Origin: an uncultured Gemmatimonadales bacterium
Lineage (GTDB): Bacteria; Gemmatimonadota; Gemmatimonadetes; Gemmatimonadales; Gemmatimonadaceae
Length of the DNA: 64,000 nt
Assembly (NCBI GenBank): GCA_963701965.1
Contig: OY969695.1
Location: 864,001-928,000 of the forward strand
Reading direction: 5' to 3'
Shown: piece by piece, positions 58,914 to 64,000 of the stretch
Position numbering within the stretch: position 1 is the stretch's first letter
Layout: the number at the start of each line of letters is the position of its first letter
Notes under the pieces: model-generated
The model's database searches: none
What the model saw: the letters and a program-made list of their open reading frames with translations, nothing else
Told to the model about the DNA's origin: nothing
Position numbers and translations under genes: made by a program

Positions 58914-60286
58914 CGGCCCCAGCTCCCGAGCGTCGGCAGTGCCCGCCCCAGGCGGGGCGCGCTCGCCGCCTCCGGCGGCGCCGCGTCGAGTACGCGTGTC
59001 ATCGTGGCGGCGAAATCATAGTCGTCCACGACCTCGTCGACCCGCACCTCAATGATCGTCCCGGGCGCCATCGGTTCCGGGATCGAGACACTGGTCCCAC
59101 CGTCGATATCATCCGCCTGCCAGGGGAGACGCGCGGAGACGGCGGAGCCGTCGACGCGATCCACGATCGCGGCGACCGTCCGGCCCAGCCGCCGCTCGTA
59201 TCGCTCCCCGGTGAGCGCCCGTTGCAGCTCCGTGAGGCGCTCCAGCCGCTCGCGTTTGAGCGCATCGGGGACATCGTCCGGCAGCTCCGCGGCGCGCGTG
59301 CCTTCTTGGGCCGAATACGTGAACGCACCCACGCGTTCGAACTGCACGTCCTCCAGCAGGTCGAGCAGACGCTGGAAGTCGTCGTCCGTCTCTCCGGGAA
59401 ATCCCACGATGCACGTGGTCCGGATCGCGACGTCGGGCACCGCTTCGCGGGCCCGGCCGACGGTGCGCCGGATGCTCTCCGCGCGCTCGGGCCGCCGCAT
59501 GCGCGCCAGCACGGCGTCGGAGCCGTGCTGGATGGGCATGTCGAGATACGGCACGATGCGCCCGTGCCGCGCCACCCGTTCGAGCAGCGCGGGCGTGATG
59601 CCGGCCGAGTAGAGATACAGCATCCGGATCCACGGCACGCCGGTCTCGTCGACCAGGGCGTCGAGCAGTTCCGGCAGGCGCACGCCGTCCCGCCGGTCGC
59701 GTCCGTAGTGCGCCAGATCCTGGGCGACCAGGTTGATCTCGCGGGCGCCTTGCAGCTCCAGCAACTGCGCCTCGCGTATCACATCGGCCAGCGCGAAGGA
59801 TCGGTGCCGGCCGCGCATGAGCGGGATGGCGCAGAAGGCGCACCCGTGATCGCATCCCTCGCTGGCTTTGAGGTACCGGACGTGCGGCAGCTCCCCGGTG
59901 AATATCCGCTCGCCCGGATGGTCGGCGGCGTCCAGCAGACCGCGCGCCTTGAGCTCCGGCACCAGGCGCTCGGATTCGCCGGCGCCCAAGAACAGATCCA
60001 CTTCCGGCAGGGCTTCGATCAGCTCGGCCTTGTGGCGTTGGACCATGCAACCAACGGCGATGACGGCTTGGCAGGTCCCGGCGGATTTTTGGTGCGAGGC
60101 GGCGACGATGGCGTCGATCGACTCTTTCTTGGCGGCGTCAATGAACCCGCAGGTATTGACGATGATCACATCGGCGTCGGCCGGCGACGCGACGATCTCG
60201 GCGCCATGGGCCACGAGCTCGCCCAGATACCGCTCGCTGTCGACCGTGTTCTTGTCGCAGCCGAGCGTGACTAACCCGACTCGCAT
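58910..60286 (-). CDS. rimO: Ribosomal protein S12 methylthiotransferase
   Basis: LGCDKN, NTCGFI, CDHGCAFCAIP radical SAM motif, TRAM domain. Confidence 0.95.
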   Translation of the reverse strand: MRVGLVTLGCDKNTVDSERYLGELVAHGAEIVASPADADVIIVNTCGFIDAAKKESIDAIVAASHQKSAGTCQAVIAVGCMVQRHKAELIEALPEVDLFLGAGESERLVPELKARGLLDAADHPGERIFTGELPHVRYLKASEGCDHGCAFCAIPLMRGRHRSFALADVIREAQLLELQGAREINLVAQDLAHYGRDRRDGVRLPELLDALVDETGVPWIRMLYLYSAGITPALLERVARHGRIVPYLDMPIQHGSDAVLARMRRPERAESIRRTVGRAREAVPDVAIRTTCIVGFPGETDDDFQRLLDLLEDVQFERVGAFTYSAQEGTRAAELPDDVPDALKRERLERLTELQRALTGERYERRLGRTVAAIVDRVDGSAVSARLPWQADDIDGGTSVSIPEPMAPGTIIEVRVDEVVDDYDFAATMTRVLDAAPPEAASAPRLGRALPTLGSWGR

Positions 60287-60790
60287 TCAGCGGTAGTTTC
60301 CGAACTTGAGCTCGACGCCGAATTCCTTGCCGCGCAGGAGCGCGATCGCTTCCTGCAGCTCGTCCTTGGACGGCGACGAGATGCGCACCTGGTCCCCTTG
60401 AATCGACGCCTGGACTTTTTTCATCTTGGCGTCTTTGATGACGGCCACGACTTTCTTCGCCGTGTCGCTATCGAGGACCGTCTTGAGCTTGATCTCGCGA
60501 CGGACCGTATCGTTGCCCGCCGGTTTGACTTCGCCAATGTCGAGGTTCTTCACGGGCACGCCGCGCTTGATGAGCTTGGACTGGAGCACGTCGAAGAGCG
60601 CCGTCATCCGGAAGTCATCGTCGGCCACCAGGACCAACATGTTCTCGGCGCGCTTGAACGCGATCGAGACCTTGGTGCCCTTGAAGTCGTAGCGCTGCGC
60701 GATCTCTTTCTGCGTCTGGTTGACGGCGTTGTCGACCTCTTGCAGGTCGACGCCGGTCGTCACGTCGAACGAGCTCGCGGTCGACGCCAC
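60287..60790 (-). CDS. yajQ: YajQ family nucleotide-binding protein
   Basis: SFDV, QEVDNA, RYDFKG, IQGDQVR, F.NYR. Confidence 0.95.
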   Translation of the reverse strand: MASTASSFDVTTGVDLQEVDNAVNQTQKEIAQRYDFKGTKVSIAFKRAENMLVLVADDDFRMTALFDVLQSKLIKRGVPVKNLDIGEVKPAGNDTVRREIKLKTVLDSDTAKKVVAVIKDAKMKKVQASIQGDQVRISSPSKDELQEAIALLRGKEFGVELKFGNYR

Positions 60791-60792
60791 GG

Positions 60793-61650
60793 TCAGCCCA
60801 GATACGATTCGAGCGCGCGGGCGCGGCTCACGTGCCGCAACCGCGAGAGCGCCTTCTCCTTGATCTGCCGCACCCGCTCGCGGGTGATCCCCATCAACGA
60901 GCCGATCTGCTCCAGCGTCATCGGCTCCTCCCCATCCAGACCGAAATACAGACGAAGAATCTTCGACTCGCGCTCCTTGAGGCCGGCCAGGGCCTCTTCA
61001 ATGGATTCGGTGAGGGCTTTCTCGAACGTCTGCTCGTCGGGCGTCGGATTGAGGGTGTCCGGCAGATAGTCGAGCAGCCGGTTGTCCTCGCCCGGAGTGA
61101 GCGGCGCATCCAGCGAGAGGTGCGTCTGCGAGATCGCCATCGTCTTCGCGACTTCCTCTTCCGTGATGTCCATGCCCTCGGCGATCTCTTCGTGCGTGGG
61201 CTCGCGTCCCAGCTCCTGCAGCAACGCGCTGGCCCGCTTGCCAATGCGGTGCAGCGTGCCGGCGCGATTGAGCGGCACGCGCACGATGCGGGACTGCTCG
61301 GCCAGGGCTTGCAGGATCGCCTGCCGGATCCACCACACGGCGTAGGAGATGAACTTGATGCCCTTCGTCTCGTCGAACTTGTGCGCGGCGCGGATCAAGC
61401 CGAGGTTGCCCTCGTTGATCAGGTCGGACAGGGCCACGCCCTGGTTCTGATATTTCTTGGCCACCGACACGACGAACCGCAGATTGGACCGCACGAGCTT
61501 GTCGAGCGCGTCCTGATCGTCCTTCCGGATGGCCTGCGCGAGTCGCACTTCGTCGTCACGCGAGATCAGCGGATAGACGCTGATGTCGCGGAGATACTGA
61601 TCGAGCGACCCCTCTTCGTACGACGTTTTCTTGTTCTTCGTCGCTGCCAT
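60793..61650 (-). CDS. RpoD/SigA-family sigma factor lacking region 1.1
   Basis: YLRDI, NLRFVVSVAKKY, FISYAVWWIRQAI, TRERVRQI. Confidence 0.93.
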   Translation of the reverse strand: MAATKNKKTSYEEGSLDQYLRDISVYPLISRDDEVRLAQAIRKDDQDALDKLVRSNLRFVVSVAKKYQNQGVALSDLINEGNLGLIRAAHKFDETKGIKFISYAVWWIRQAILQALAEQSRIVRVPLNRAGTLHRIGKRASALLQELGREPTHEEIAEGMDITEEEVAKTMAISQTHLSLDAPLTPGEDNRLLDYLPDTLNPTPDEQTFEKALTESIEEALAGLKERESKILRLYFGLDGEEPMTLEQIGSLMGITRERVRQIKEKALSRLRHVSRARALESYLG

Positions 61651-61681
61651 ACTGCCAACCGCTCCTTGATGCGTCGCGTCC

Positions 61682-62434
61682 TCAGTCGATCCGTTCACCG
61701 ATCCGCCGCCAGCGAATGCGCGTCAACCACGCGAACGCCCGTGCCGTGTCCGGCTGATAGCTGTAGTAGACAAAAATCGGCCGCCCGCGGATCAGTGAGT
61801 CAGGCACGAATCCCCAGAACCGGCTGTCCAGCGAGTTGTCGCGGTTGTCCCCGAGCACGAAGTAGCTCTTCTCGGGGACGACTATGGGACCCCAGTTGTT
61901 ACTCGACGGGTGGTCGATGGCGCCACCCTCGGCAGTCTTCACCAAGTAGCTTGCCTGCCACTTGAAATCTCGGTCATCGTTGTCCGCGCCCGGCTCTTCG
62001 TGCACGACGTACGATTCAGTGACAGCCTTACTGTCCCGATACAACACACCGTCCTTCATCGCCAGCGTGTCGCCCGGGATACCGACGAGGCGTTTCACGA
62101 AATTCTTCGACGGATCGACCGGATATTGGAAAACGATCACTTCGCCGCGCGCGGGCTTCTGTAACGCGGGGAGGCGCTTGCTGGTGAGCGGGACTTCGGC
62201 CCCGTAGACCAGCTTGTTGACGAGCAGGAAGTCACCCACGAGCAGGGTGTGCTCCATACTCCCCGTGGGGATCTTGAAGGCTTCGACGAAGAACTGGCGA
62301 ACGATCAGGAAGAGAAAAACCGCGATGATGAAGGAACGGGCCCAGTCCCACGCCAGGCGCCACGGCAATCCCTTCCTATTGAGGCGGCGCAGCGCTTCCT
62401 GGCGCATCTGGGGAGAGATCGCACGCTCGCTCAC
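61682..62434 (-). CDS. lepB: Signal peptidase I
   Basis: IPTGSMEHTL, FVKRL, GDNRDNSLDSR; GGAGG SD before GTG. Confidence 0.95.
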   Translation of the reverse strand: MSERAISPQMRQEALRRLNRKGLPWRLAWDWARSFIIAVFLFLIVRQFFVEAFKIPTGSMEHTLLVGDFLLVNKLVYGAEVPLTSKRLPALQKPARGEVIVFQYPVDPSKNFVKRLVGIPGDTLAMKDGVLYRDSKAVTESYVVHEEPGADNDDRDFKWQASYLVKTAEGGAIDHPSSNNWGPIVVPEKSYFVLGDNRDNSLDSRFWGFVPDSLIRGRPIFVYYSYQPDTARAFAWLTRIRWRRIGERID

Positions 62435-62488
62435 TGCACCTCCATCATGGCTCAATTAATCCGACGCCTCTGGCAAATTCAAGTGAAC

Positions 62489-63985
62489 TCAATCGGGCGT
62501 ACCCAGATACGTGTCGATCTGCGCGCGCTGCAGCGTGCCGGAAAAGTCGACGTAGCCGACTTTCGTCTCCGAATAAAAGTCGTACACCTCCCAGCCGCCT
62601 TCCCGATGGCCGTTCCCGGTCTGCTTGACCCCGCCGAATGGCAGGTGCGCCTCGGCGCCGATGGTCGGGGCATTGATGTACGTGATCCCGTTGTCCAACT
62701 CCGACAACGCCCGGAAGGCCAAGTTCACATCCCGTGTGTACAACGATGAGGACAGGCCGTAGGCCACGTCGTTATTGACCGCAAAGGCGTCATCCGCGGT
62801 CTCCACCCGAATCACCGAGAGCACGGGCCCGAAAATCTCCTCCTGCTCCAAGCGCGTCCCCGGTTTGACGCCCACGAATATCGTCGGACGATAGAACCAC
62901 CCGCAGTCGAGCCCTGCGCCGTCGGCCCGCTCCCCGCCCAGCGCCAGCTCAGCGCCCTGATCCCTGCCGATCTGAACGTACCGCTCGACCTTCTCGCGCG
63001 ACGCGGCGTGAATCAGCGGGCCGACGTCGGTGCCCTTCGTGCGACCGTCCCCCAGCACCAACTTCCCGGCCTGCTCGGCCAACCGGGCCACGAACCGGTC
63101 GTGAATGCCCCGCTGCAGAATGAGGCGCGACGTCGCCGTGCATCGCTGACCAGTGGTCCCGAACGCGCCCCACAGGACACCCTCGAGCGCCAGGTCCAGG
63201 TCGGCATCGTCGAGCACGATCTGGGCGTTCTTGCCCCCCATCTCCAGCGAGAGCCGCTTATGCATCCGCCCGCACGTCTCGCCGACGATCCGGCCGGTCT
63301 CGGTCGAGCCGGTGAACGACACCGCGGCCACCGCGGGGTGATTGACAATGGCGGCCCCGACATCCCCCTCCCCGTGCACGAGCTGGATGACATCGGGCGG
63401 CAGCCCGGCTTCCAGCAGGATCTCGACCAGCATGGTCGCCGTGTGCGGCACATCCTCGGCGGGCTTGAAGACGCAGGCATTTCCGCACAGGAACGCCGGA
63501 AACATCTTCCAGGTCGGGATCGCCATCGGGAAGTTGAACGGCGTGATGATGCCGACGACGCCGATGGGGCGCCGGTAGCTCATCGCCCACTTGGCTTTGA
63601 GCTCGCTGGGCACGGTGCGACCGAACAGCTGCCGCCCCATGGTCGCCGCGTAGTACGCGGTGTCGATGCCCTCTTGGACATCGCCCCGCGTCTCGGTCAG
63701 CGGCTTGCCCATCTCCCGGGTCATGAGATTGGCGATGTGCTCTTTCTTCCCGGTCATGAGATCGCCGACCCGCCGCAGCACGTCCCCACGCGCCGGCGCC
63801 GGCGTCTTGGACCACGCGGCGAAGCCACGCTGGGCCGATTGCACGGCGCGCTCGACGTCACCGGCCGTCGACTTGGGAAACCGCCCCACCACGTCGCGCG
63901 TGTCGGCGGGGTTCACATCGTCGAACGTCGCGCCGCCCGTGGCGTCGCGCCATTCGCCCGCGATGAAATTCTTGAATGCCTTCAT
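62489..63985 (-). CDS. Aldehyde dehydrogenase
   Basis: PFNFP, FTGS, LEMGGKN, GQRCTA, EEIFGPV. Confidence 0.95.
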   Translation of the reverse strand: MKAFKNFIAGEWRDATGGATFDDVNPADTRDVVGRFPKSTAGDVERAVQSAQRGFAAWSKTPAPARGDVLRRVGDLMTGKKEHIANLMTREMGKPLTETRGDVQEGIDTAYYAATMGRQLFGRTVPSELKAKWAMSYRRPIGVVGIITPFNFPMAIPTWKMFPAFLCGNACVFKPAEDVPHTATMLVEILLEAGLPPDVIQLVHGEGDVGAAIVNHPAVAAVSFTGSTETGRIVGETCGRMHKRLSLEMGGKNAQIVLDDADLDLALEGVLWGAFGTTGQRCTATSRLILQRGIHDRFVARLAEQAGKLVLGDGRTKGTDVGPLIHAASREKVERYVQIGRDQGAELALGGERADGAGLDCGWFYRPTIFVGVKPGTRLEQEEIFGPVLSVIRVETADDAFAVNNDVAYGLSSSLYTRDVNLAFRALSELDNGITYINAPTIGAEAHLPFGGVKQTGNGHREGGWEVYDFYSETKVGYVDFSGTLQRAQIDTYLGTPD

Positions 63986-64000
63986 GAACAGCTCCAAAGG

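Overview
High-GC (roughly 70% by eye) bacterial chromosome segment. Gene content and order suggest Gemmatimonadota (inference). It is mostly housekeeping: lexA, rsmI, trxA, mce, pdxJ, ispE, tRNA-Gln, prs-rplY-pth-ychF, rpsF-rpsR-DUF2232-rplI-rsfS, two SPOR proteins, smc, aroF, lolA, rpmE-prfA-prmC-ylbF-tmk-ctpA, lnt, spoIID, hemL, rimO, yajQ, a sigma70, lepB and an aldehyde dehydrogenase. A ~9 kb accessory block sits between tRNA-Gln and prs (RES/Xre toxin-antitoxin pair, PadR-ADOP permease, methyltransferase, VOC, AraC fragment, SDR, ornithine cyclodeaminase). Best leads: (1) a Crp - metallo-beta-lactamase - exported CsgG/TPR - GAF/HD-GYP cyclic-nucleotide operon with a CRP box placed exactly at -41.5; (2) Bacteroidota-type D-(S/T)-x O-glycosylation sequons enriched in exported proteins; (3) a JAB-DinG fusion; (4) a His-less triple pseudo-Hpt protein; (5) a degenerate P-loop/SPOR membrane protein in front of smc; (6) CTG/ATC start codons on core genes; (7) 8 of 10 reading-frame lesions fall on CATC/GATG, probably methylation-linked sequencing errors. 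All family names come from motif recognition by eye; no searches were run.
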